Assembly (NCBI GenBank): GCA_965223265.1
Contig: OZ244999.1
Span: 4,032,001 to 4,096,000 of the forward strand
DNA from: Planctomycetota bacterium
GTDB lineage: Bacteria; Planctomycetota; UBA8108; SXIK01
Length of the DNA stretch: 64,000 nucleotides
Direction: 5' to 3'
The translations under genes were made by a program, and so were the position numbers. This document shows, piece after piece, positions 1 to 8,096 of this stretch. The notes below the pieces were generated by a model that ran no database searches, was not told the origin of the DNA, and was given only the letters and a program-made list of their open reading frames with translations. Every line of letters begins with the position of its first letter. Position 1 is the stretch's first letter.

Positions 1-20
1 TCAAAACACACCGCGACGCA

Positions 21-962
21 TTGGATGCGGTCGCTCCAAAGAAGAAACGTCGGCAACCTCGCCTCGTGAGTGTCCGCAAGATTTGGGACAAGGCGCCGCA
101 CAATGCCTTCACCGACCTGATTCACCACAACGGCCGCTGGGTCTGTGTGTTTCGCGAAGGTCAAGCGCATGTCTCCCCCGACGGCGCCCTCCGCGTGCTG
201 GGCTCTGCCGATGGAGTCGAGTGGGAATCTCTGGCGCTTCTGACGTCCGAGACTGCCGACCTGCGTGATGCGAAGATCTCGGTCGCGCCTGACGGCCGCC
301 TGCATCTTTCGGGCGCCGGCGCGCTGCACCAACCCGCGGCCGCGCGCCATCAATCGCTGGCATGGTTCTCACCCGACGGCCGCGAGTGGACTCCATCGAT
401 CGCGATCGGCGACCCAGACCTGTGGCTCTGGCGCACCGACTGGCATAGCGGCAAAGGCTACGGCATCGGCTACTCAACGACCGACAAGGAGTTCATTCGA
501 CTCTATGAGACGAGCGACGGGGCGAACTACCGCACCCTCGTCGACCGGTTGCTCAGCGGCTCGTACGCCAACGAGTCGTCGTTCGCCTTCCTCCCTGACG
601 GCCGCGCCCTGTGTCTGCTACGACGCGACGGAGAACACTCGTCTGCCCTCCTTGGGGAGGCCTCACCACCCTACAAGGCTTGGCGCTGGCGGGATCTTGG
701 CGTCCGCTTTGGTGGGCCCAAGCTCCTTCGGTTACCGGATGGACGCCTGATCGCCGGCGGCCGGCTGTACGACGGCTCTACCCGGACGAGTCTCTGCTGG
801 CTTGATCCGGAGGCGGGCGAGCTGGTGGAGGCCCTGAAGCTACCGTCCGGCGGCGACACCAGCTACCCAGGGCTCGTCTTCCGCGACGGCACGCTCTATG
901 TCAGCTACTACGCCTCCCACGAAGGCAAGTCGGCGATCTACTTTGCGACGGTGGAGCTCTAA
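21..962 (+). CDS. BNR/Asp-box beta-propeller, exo-alpha-sialidase-like protein (frame is open to the window edge, so probably 5'-partial)
   Basis: HNAFTDL..., Asp-boxes 'SADGVEW', 'SPDGREW', 'TSDGANY', C-terminal 'GGDTSYPG...SYYASHEGK'; no in-frame stop upstream of 21. Confidence 0.7.
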   Translation: MDAVAPKKKRRQPRLVSVRKIWDKAPHNAFTDLIHHNGRWVCVFREGQAHVSPDGALRVLGSADGVEWESLALLTSETADLRDAKISVAPDGRLHLSGAGALHQPAAARHQSLAWFSPDGREWTPSIAIGDPDLWLWRTDWHSGKGYGIGYSTTDKEFIRLYETSDGANYRTLVDRLLSGSYANESSFAFLPDGRALCLLRRDGEHSSALLGEASPPYKAWRWRDLGVRFGGPKLLRLPDGRLIAGGRLYDGSTRTSLCWLDPEAGELVEALKLPSGGDTSYPGLVFRDGTLYVSYYASHEGKSAIYFATVEL

Positions 963-1027
963 CGACGCCTCTCTGGCCGACGGCAGCGCTCGTGGAGGCA
1001 GTGGCGCGATTTGCGTCCAAAAACCGA

Positions 1028-1055
1028 TTGCAATCCCGCCTGGGTTCGGTACTTA
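1028..1055 (+). promoter_or_regulatory. putative sigma70 promoter for rpsD
   Basis: TTGCAA-N16-TACTTA about 110 nt upstream of the rpsD start. Confidence 0.4.
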
Positions 1056-1167
1056 TTATGGGTTTCCACCCGCCATGCGAAGCTTCCGGGGAGACCCAAC
1101 CCGGGCCGCCGGCGGGATGCGTTTCGGCCAAGACTTCAGCTCACGACAGAGGCACGGTAAGAAGAGG

Positions 1168-1782
1168 ATGGGACACTACACCGGTCCGAAGGCAAGAATC
1201 AATCGGCGCTTGGGGGAGAATGTCTACGACTCGAAGGGAGCGGAACGCGCGGCGAATCGTCGCTACACTCCCCCAGGTCAACAGGGCACGCAGCGCCGTC
1301 GACGCGTCTCGGACTACGGCCGCGCTCTCATTGAAAAGCAGAAGGTCCGTCACTACTACGGCCTCAGCCAAAAGCAGCTCAACCGCTTCTACGGCATGGC
1401 GAAGCGCACCAAGGGCAACACCGGTGAAAACCTTCTCCTGATCTGCGAAAGGCGCCTCGACAACGTCGTGTGGAAGGCCGGTCTGGCGCGCTCGCGTTCG
1501 CAAGCCCGCCAGTGCTGCAGCCACGGCCACTTGCTCGTCAATGGCCGCCGCACATCGGTGCCGTCCTACCTGGTGCGCCCGGAAGACGTCATCGAGGTGC
1601 GCAAGAAAGCCAATCTGCAAAAGATGTACACGCAGGTAACGGAAGAAGTCGACCGCCCCGCGGCAGGGTTCCTCGCATTTGAGCCGAAGGAACTCAAGAT
1701 TAAAGTGATGCGCGACCCGGCTCCGGATGATGTGGGTCTACCGGTGAACATCAACCAGGTGGTTGAATTCCTGGCGCGATAG
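1168..1782 (+). CDS. rpsD: 30S ribosomal protein S4 (zinc-free, C- type)
   Basis: MGHYTGPKARINRRLG, SDYG..L.EKQK, ERRLDNVV, ARQ..SHGH..VNGR; AAGAGG SD directly before ATG 1168. Confidence 0.97.
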   Translation: MGHYTGPKARINRRLGENVYDSKGAERAANRRYTPPGQQGTQRRRRVSDYGRALIEKQKVRHYYGLSQKQLNRFYGMAKRTKGNTGENLLLICERRLDNVVWKAGLARSRSQARQCCSHGHLLVNGRRTSVPSYLVRPEDVIEVRKKANLQKMYTQVTEEVDRPAAGFLAFEPKELKIKVMRDPAPDDVGLPVNINQVVEFLAR

Positions 1783-1913
1783 CGCGGACAGGCTCGTCTC
1801 GGATCAAGTCCGTCGCCGCAGCGCTTCCTCGTGTCCTCTTCCCCCACTCGTCCAGGGTGTGTTGGAAGATGGGACCTTCTCTGCGTACAATGACCGGCCG
1901 TGCATTGCGGACG

Positions 1914-1970
1914 GATCTGGGCGCGAAGCGACCAGTTTTCGACTCGAAGCACTTTTTCACAGGCTGCTAG
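1914..1970 (+). repeat. family-1 MITE, right-arm remnant
   Basis: GATCTGGGCGCGAAGCGACCAGTTTTCGACTCGAAGCACTTTTTCACAGGCTG+CTAG matches the right arm of the 44750 copy. Confidence 0.8.
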
Positions 1971-2019
1971 CTCTGTGCGAGCGCCATCGCCGGGGCGGGC
2001 AGTCGGAAGGAGAGGTCCA

Positions 2020-4038
2020 TTGCTGAAGCGACATTGTGCAGCGATCACGCTCTTTGTGATGGGGACGATTCTCAACGGGCCGGAAGCTGCGGCACAAGAC
2101 TCGTTCGGATTCTCGCTCTCAGGCCCGAGCACGCTCTCCGGTCTTTCCGGCTCGAGCGTTAGCGGCACCTATTTCGTGTCGCTGACGCACAGCGGTCCCG
2201 GCGTCGGGGCCCAAGCATGGTCGATCGGTATTGACACCGACGTGGGAGCTTTCACGGCAGGATCGCTTGAAGACACCGACGCACTCGGCTTCTTCAATTC
2301 GGGATTTCAGCGTCACACGCCCGCCTCGAATGGAACCGGCTTCATCAGCTCGGTAGCGCTCTGCTTTGGCTGCCCTGCAACACTCCCCCCAAACAGCACG
2401 TTGACCATCGCCAAGCTTGAAGTGGAATTCCCCGTCCCGGCCGGCGAGGCCACGGCGACACTGAACTTCGTCGATGGCCTTGACAACGGCGGACAAGCGG
2501 TGAAGAACGTCGCCACCCAGCAAGGCACCTCGTTCTTTCCGTCGCTGACGAATCTCCAGGTTCAAGTGAGTGACGCAGCAGATTGTTGCGGAGCAGAATT
2601 CAACATGGCGATCGGCGCAGGGCTGGTCGACAGCGTCGAGCCACTGGACGCCGGCCTCGGAGACCCGGGTGCGCTGTGCCTTTTTGACGGCGGCACGCTG
2701 ACTGGATCGACCTCGGGCGGCGCCGTCGCCAACGTGAGTCTCCTCTCGGACACGGCCGGTGCTGGAATCCAGGCCTGGTCGTTCGGCGTCGAAGCTCTCG
2801 GCGACATCGACTTGACCGATTCGAAAGACATCGTCGATTCGCCCTTCAACGGTACGACGCAGCAAGCAGCGTTCGATTCCGGTTTCCGACAGACCCTCGT
2901 CGTCACAGGACCCGCCGGACGGCGCGGTGTTACGACGGGCATCGCTCTCTGCTTCGGCTGCCCCAACGCGCTGCCTGCCGTGGGCGCGTTCACCGTCTTG
3001 CAAACGACGGCTGTGCCTCTAACGGGATCGCTTGAAGACACGGTCACGGGGCGGCTCGCGATTGCCGGGGATCTTGAAAGCGGCGGACCAGCCGTCCCGG
3101 TGCGGGTGACGGTCGAAGGCAGCAGCTCGGTGCCGTGCAGCGCGGAAAACACCGGCATCGACGTCGTTTTGGAGCCAGTGCCCGACGCGGATGGGGATGG
3201 CTCCCCAGACGATTCTGACAACTGCCCGAGCGATCCGAATCCGGACCAGCTCGACTCCGATGGCCAAGGCGGCGGCGACGTCTGTGACGTTTGCCCGGCT
3301 GATCCGACGGACGCGTGCAATGCAGAGAAGTCGGCTGGTGAGACGGTCGAGCCCGACATGGCGGGCAGCGTGCAGACTCCGGATGAAACCGTCACCGTAG
3401 ACGTGCCCGTGGGCGCTATCGACGAACCGACGTCCGTGTCCATCACCGACGGCGGCGAGAACTTCGCCATCGAGACGAACGCCGGCGGCGGCACGGCAGT
3501 CGCAGCCGTGACGCTCGGGCCAGCCGGCATCGAATTCGACACGCCCGTGACCGTGACATTTTGCTGGGCCGACGACGATAGCGATGGAGTCGTCGACGGC
3601 ACCAGCATCAATGAGAACAGCGTAGTGCTCACCAAAGATGGAGAAGTCATCGCGGGTCCCTGCGCCGGCGACCCCAACTGCAACGCGGACGACAATTGCT
3701 TCGTCGTCCAGGTCGACAGTTTCAGCGTCTTTGCGGTCGTCGCCCTCGGCGGCAGTCAAAAGCCTGGCGACATCAACCAAGACGGACTTGTCGACATCTC
3801 CGACTCCGTCACTCTCTTCAACTTTCTCTTCGTCGGCAACCCGGAGTTCCTGCCTTGTGGCAACGGCAGCATCGTCGAGCCGGGGAACGTCTCCCTGACC
3901 GATCACAACGGCGACGACCTGATCGATATCTCCGACGGCGTTGCCGGACTCAACTGGTTGTTCACTGCCGGAAGTCCGCCGCACGTTCTCGGGACGGAGT
4001 GCACAGCGATGGTGGGCTGCGCCAACGTCTGCGAGTAG
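2020..4038 (+). CDS. secreted protein: 2 cohesin-like domains, TSP3 Ca-binding repeat, ZU5-like domain, C-terminal dockerin
   Basis: AAGGAGAGG SD then TTG 2020; signal peptide ending AAA-Q; duplicated QAWS(I/F)G...F(N/D)SGF...ALCFGCP..LP; DADGDG..D..DNCP..NPDQ.DSDG.G.GDVCD; GDINQDGLVDISD...DHNGDDLIDISD. Confidence 0.7.
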   Translation: MLKRHCAAITLFVMGTILNGPEAAAQDSFGFSLSGPSTLSGLSGSSVSGTYFVSLTHSGPGVGAQAWSIGIDTDVGAFTAGSLEDTDALGFFNSGFQRHTPASNGTGFISSVALCFGCPATLPPNSTLTIAKLEVEFPVPAGEATATLNFVDGLDNGGQAVKNVATQQGTSFFPSLTNLQVQVSDAADCCGAEFNMAIGAGLVDSVEPLDAGLGDPGALCLFDGGTLTGSTSGGAVANVSLLSDTAGAGIQAWSFGVEALGDIDLTDSKDIVDSPFNGTTQQAAFDSGFRQTLVVTGPAGRRGVTTGIALCFGCPNALPAVGAFTVLQTTAVPLTGSLEDTVTGRLAIAGDLESGGPAVPVRVTVEGSSSVPCSAENTGIDVVLEPVPDADGDGSPDDSDNCPSDPNPDQLDSDGQGGGDVCDVCPADPTDACNAEKSAGETVEPDMAGSVQTPDETVTVDVPVGAIDEPTSVSITDGGENFAIETNAGGGTAVAAVTLGPAGIEFDTPVTVTFCWADDDSDGVVDGTSINENSVVLTKDGEVIAGPCAGDPNCNADDNCFVVQVDSFSVFAVVALGGSQKPGDINQDGLVDISDSVTLFNFLFVGNPEFLPCGNGSIVEPGNVSLTDHNGDDLIDISDGVAGLNWLFTAGSPPHVLGTECTAMVGCANVCE

Positions 4039-4085
4039 TGCCCCACCGGCCACGCCTCTGCAAGCCGACGGATACCGCCGGGGCG

Positions 4086-5462
4086 TCACTCGGGACTCAC
4101 CGTCTCCGCCCACGTTTCGTGAAGCTTTCGCAGCCTGGCCACAAGTTGAGGCTTCTCAGCGGCGTAGTCTCGTCGTTCCGGCTTCTCGTCAGCGAGGCTG
4201 TGCAGCGTCATCTTGAGCTGCGCTCGCCGACCTTTACCCTCCATCCTCCCGATCAGCTTCCAGTCACCCTCGCACACTGCCCAGTGATCCTGCCATTGAA
4301 AGTGGAGCACGCCATGCGGCGATGGCGCCTTGTCGAAATGGATCACCGAGAGGAGGCTCCGGCCGTCGAGAGCGATGTTCGGCGGCGTAACCCCACACAA
4401 GTCCATGAGCGTGGGGTACCAGTCCATAGCGGTGATCGTTTGGTCGCGCACCGCGCCTTGCGGCAGCATCGCCGGATAGCTAATGATCGCCGGCACCCTG
4501 ATTCCGCCTTCAAGAAACGTCCCTTTATGGCCGATCCACGGACCCGTATTGCCCCCGCCACCGTTGGCGCCATAGTCGTGTCCTCGCAGGTAGCCGCTCT
4601 TGTGATTGTCCACCGTGATCTTGTACTGCTCCTCGGAATGGCCGTTGTCACTCATGAAGATGATGATCGTGTTGTTTCGTAGTCCACGAGACTCGAGCTT
4701 GTCGATGACTCGTCCGACGTAGTCGTCGGTGGTGGTCACGATGGCAGCGTAGGACCGCCGCGGTTCCACCAGCTTTTTGTAGCGGGCGACGTGCTTTTTC
4801 AGCGCCTGCTCGGGATAGTGGGGAATGTTCAAGGCAAAATAGAGAAAGAACGGGCGTTGGCGATTTTCGTCGATGAAATCGAGCGCCCGCGCCACGACCA
4901 ACTCCGGAAAGTACTCGCCTTCTCGCCAGATCTCCCGAGTCCCTTCGTAGAGGTCGTGGAACCCCTTTCGATGCAAATGATAGTGCTTGTAGTTGTCGAT
5001 GAAGCCGTCACGGATGCCAAAGAACTGATCAAAGCCCTGCTGCGTCGGGCCGTGCTCTCGGTCAGCCCCTAAGTGCCACTTGCCGAACAATCCGGTTCGG
5101 TATCCGGCGGTGCGAAGGGTCTCTGCGATCGTCACTTCCTCGCGCGCCATGTTCACACCACGCGGTTCATCGATCGTCCGCTGAGCCCAGCTGTTGATAC
5201 CGCCGCGCTGCGGGTGCCGCCCAGTCAACAGCGCAGCGCGCGTTGGACAACAAACCATGTGGGCATACGCCCGCGTAAAACGCACGCCCGACGCCGCCAG
5301 CCGGTCGATGTTCGGCGTGTGAAGGTCCGTCGACCCATAGCACCCCGCATCGAGGGTGCCCTGGTCATCGGTGAGGATGATGACGACGTTCGGCCTCTCG
5401 TCCGCCTGCGCCACAGCTACCGAGATGACCGAGACCGAAAAACACCAAACCGAGAATCTCAT
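4086..5462 (-). CDS. secreted arylsulfatase (Cys-type, formylglycine-dependent)
   Basis: RPNVVIILTDDQG, CPTRAALLTG (CxPxR), GKWHLG, SDNG, EGGIRVP; signal peptide. Confidence 0.93.
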   Translation of the reverse strand: MRFSVWCFSVSVISVAVAQADERPNVVIILTDDQGTLDAGCYGSTDLHTPNIDRLAASGVRFTRAYAHMVCCPTRAALLTGRHPQRGGINSWAQRTIDEPRGVNMAREEVTIAETLRTAGYRTGLFGKWHLGADREHGPTQQGFDQFFGIRDGFIDNYKHYHLHRKGFHDLYEGTREIWREGEYFPELVVARALDFIDENRQRPFFLYFALNIPHYPEQALKKHVARYKKLVEPRRSYAAIVTTTDDYVGRVIDKLESRGLRNNTIIIFMSDNGHSEEQYKITVDNHKSGYLRGHDYGANGGGGNTGPWIGHKGTFLEGGIRVPAIISYPAMLPQGAVRDQTITAMDWYPTLMDLCGVTPPNIALDGRSLLSVIHFDKAPSPHGVLHFQWQDHWAVCEGDWKLIGRMEGKGRRAQLKMTLHSLADEKPERRDYAAEKPQLVARLRKLHETWAETVSPE

Positions 5463-5733
5463 GCCGCCTCGCCTCCTTCGTCAGCTATTCGGAATCGTGC
5501 ACGCGTCCGCAAACTGTTCCACAAAGCTCCAACGTACCGAATCGCGATCGCCCAGCCAAGCCGACTTCGATGTTGGGCTGGGCCAAGAGTGGTGGCCTCC
5601 ATCCAGACAGAGGTCGGGAATCCACAGGGTTTCTCCAGCGTCCCAACTCGAACCCGAGGTGAGATCGAAGCCGCCGACGGCATCTCGATCCGCCTCTCAC
5701 GACCGTGCGGCAGAATTTGGCGTGACTACGAGG

Positions 5734-5761
5734 TTGCGCCGCTGCTGAATCTCGCTATGCT
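5734..5761 (+). promoter_or_regulatory. putative sigma70 promoter for the leader/ABC operon
   Basis: TTGCGC-N16-TATGCT. Confidence 0.45.
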
Positions 5762-5811
5762 GAGTCTGTCTTTCAGTCATTCAGCTTCGATCGCTGAAAG
5801 GAGACAAGTTG

Positions 5812-5847
5812 ATGAACAAGCAAGCTGATTTCCCACGACTCGACTAA
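5812..5847 (+). CDS. putative 11-aa leader peptide (MNKQADFPRLD)
   Basis: AAAGGAG SD 8 nt before ATG; TAA at 5845-5847; lies upstream of the ABC exporter pair. Confidence 0.4.
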   Translation: MNKQADFPRLD

Positions 5848-6173
5848 CTCCTCGTGAGCTTGCGATTCGTCCGGGAGCGCCGTTCGCCCTCAACACTAGC
5901 TCAGCCCGACAAACTCGGCGACAACTCGTAGCGGGCTGCTGCACTGAGGACGACGCCGAACCTGAGGACCGCCGAGGGTCCCCAGGGCTTGGAGCCAGTT
6001 GAAAAGCGCTGTCGGATCGCCGAAGCCCGCTCACGAGCGAGTGGGCTCTCAGGCTGTTGAGCCAGCCCCATCGCGACGTTGCTGCCGCCCGGCCCGTAGT
6101 GCCGCAGCGATAGGACGAGCGCGCACAGCGGGTTCAACCATGTCGTCGGGGCCGCTCGCGTCGATGTGTCGAG

Positions 6174-8096
6174 ATGATCACAGACACCACCGACGGTAGG
6201 GAACCTTCTAGCGCTAGGCTAGCCGTGCCAAACACCAAACCGCGCCGACCATCAACGGCGGCGCAAAACCACACGCTATGGTCACTCACTCGCGGACAAC
6301 GCCTGCGCTACGGCGCGGCGATTCTAGCGATGGCCATCGCGAATCTCTTTGTCTTCGCCGTGCCGCTGATCTCGCGGTCGGTCATCGACGACACTCTCGG
6401 CACCACGGGCCGCGTCGGCTGGATCGACCGATTGAGCGCCGAGATCTTCGGTGAAGCTTCGACCGCGTTGACACTTCTCGTCGCCGCAGGCCTGACAATC
6501 TTGCTGACGCTTTGCGCTGGTTTTTTTACCTATCTTCGTGGTCGCTGGACGGCGATCAGTTCGGAGTCGATCGTCCGCCGACTCAGAGATCACCTCTACG
6601 ATCACCTCGGCAAACTGCCTTGCTCCTATCACGACCGTGCGGACACAGGGGATCTCGTGCAGCGCTGCACGTCAGATGTCGAGACGATCCGTGTCTTTCT
6701 GGCGGCTCATGTGGTGACGATCGGGCGAGCCATTCTTCTCTTACTGACCGTCCTACCGATCATGGCGTGGCTCGACGCGCGGTTGGCCGTTGTCGCAGTC
6801 GCGGTGTTTCCGATCGTCATTCTGTTCGCCTTCTACTTTTTTCAGCGAATCAAGAGCCTGTTTCAGCTGGTCGACCAGGCGGAGGGGCAAATGACCACCG
6901 TGCTGCAGGAAAACCTGACCGGAATCCGGGTGGTCCGCGCATTTGCCCGCCAAGAGCACGAGTGCACCAAGTTCGCAGCGAAAAACAAACTCTTTCGCGA
7001 TCACAACCATCGGCTCATTCGGCTCCTGGGCGTCTACTGGGCGACGTCAGATTTCCTCTGTGAGGCGCAGCTGGGAATGGTCCTCGCTGGAGGCGCGTAT
7101 TGGATGACGCAGGGCGAGTTGACGGCCGGGGATCTGTTTGCGTTTCTGACCTTCGAGATGATCATCATCTGGCCGGTGAGACACATGGGACGAGTCCTCG
7201 CCGACCTCGGCAAAGCAAGCGTCTCACTCGGGAGAGTGCGCGAGATTCTCTCGGAGCCCGAAGAGTCGAATCTCACTCCCTCCGCATCTTCACGCTCAAG
7301 CCTTGTCCGCGGTGCTGGCCGACTCAAAGTGAGCCACTTGAGGTTCGCATACGACGATGGCGAAAACGTGCTGGACGATGTCAGTTTTGACCTCGACCGC
7401 GGCGAAACGCTCGCGCTTCTTGGTCCGCCAGGTGCTGGCAAATCGACGCTGATCCACCTGCTGCTACGTCTCTATGATGCTGACCGCGGCATGGTCTACT
7501 TGGATGGATGCGACGTATTAGACTTGCCGCGAAGCTTCGTGCGTTCCCAGTTCGCCGTCGTCCTGCAGGAACCTTTTCTCTACTCGCGCACCATCGCGGC
7601 GAATATCCGCGTCGCCAACCAAGAGGCGCACCACAGTGAGATTGAGGAGGTGGCATCGACGGCCGACATGCACACAGCGATCACAAATTTCGACTATCGC
7701 TACGACACGATCGTCGGCGAACGCGGCGTCACGCTGTCCGGCGGGCAACGGCAGCGCATTGCACTGGCAAGAGCGCTCCTCAAGCATGCGCCGATCCTGA
7801 TCCTCGACGACGCATTCAGCGCGGTGGACACCAACACCGAGGCTGAGATCTTGAAGGCTTTGAGCGATCGTCGCGGATTGAGAACGACAATCGTCATCGC
7901 CCATCGTCTCTCGACGGTGCGCCACGCCGACCACGTTCTCTTTCTCGACCAGGGCCGCGTCGTTCAGTCCGGTACCCACGCACAACTGATTGAGACGACC
8001 GGAGCCTACCGCCGACTCTGGGAGATCCAAACGACGATCGAAAAAGAGCTGAAGAGTTCCCCTCCCAGCGACGCGGCGTCCGAGGTGCCCTCATGA
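6174..8096 (+). CDS. heterodimeric type IV ABC exporter, subunit 1 (BmrC/TM287-like)
   Basis: TMD plus NBD; GPPGAGKS, LSGGQ, non-canonical Walker B ILILDD. Confidence 0.93.
   Translation: MITDTTDGREPSSARLAVPNTKPRRPSTAAQNHTLWSLTRGQRLRYGAAILAMAIANLFVFAVPLISRSVIDDTLGTTGRVGWIDRLSAEIFGEASTALTLLVAAGLTILLTLCAGFFTYLRGRWTAISSESIVRRLRDHLYDHLGKLPCSYHDRADTGDLVQRCTSDVETIRVFLAAHVVTIGRAILLLLTVLPIMAWLDARLAVVAVAVFPIVILFAFYFFQRIKSLFQLVDQAEGQMTTVLQENLTGIRVVRAFARQEHECTKFAAKNKLFRDHNHRLIRLLGVYWATSDFLCEAQLGMVLAGGAYWMTQGELTAGDLFAFLTFEMIIIWPVRHMGRVLADLGKASVSLGRVREILSEPEESNLTPSASSRSSLVRGAGRLKVSHLRFAYDDGENVLDDVSFDLDRGETLALLGPPGAGKSTLIHLLLRLYDADRGMVYLDGCDVLDLPRSFVRSQFAVVLQEPFLYSRTIAANIRVANQEAHHSEIEEVASTADMHTAITNFDYRYDTIVGERGVTLSGGQRQRIALARALLKHAPILILDDAFSAVDTNTEAEILKALSDRRGLRTTIVIAHRLSTVRHADHVLFLDQGRVVQSGTHAQLIETTGAYRRLWEIQTTIEKELKSSPPSDAASEVPS

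Noticed and set aside
898-1167. Long N-terminal extensions in the ORF track (rpsD 898, also 1900, 18431, 44757, 56980, 60440)
   Set aside because: Family homology and SD positions point to later starts; some extensions are translations of MITE sequence
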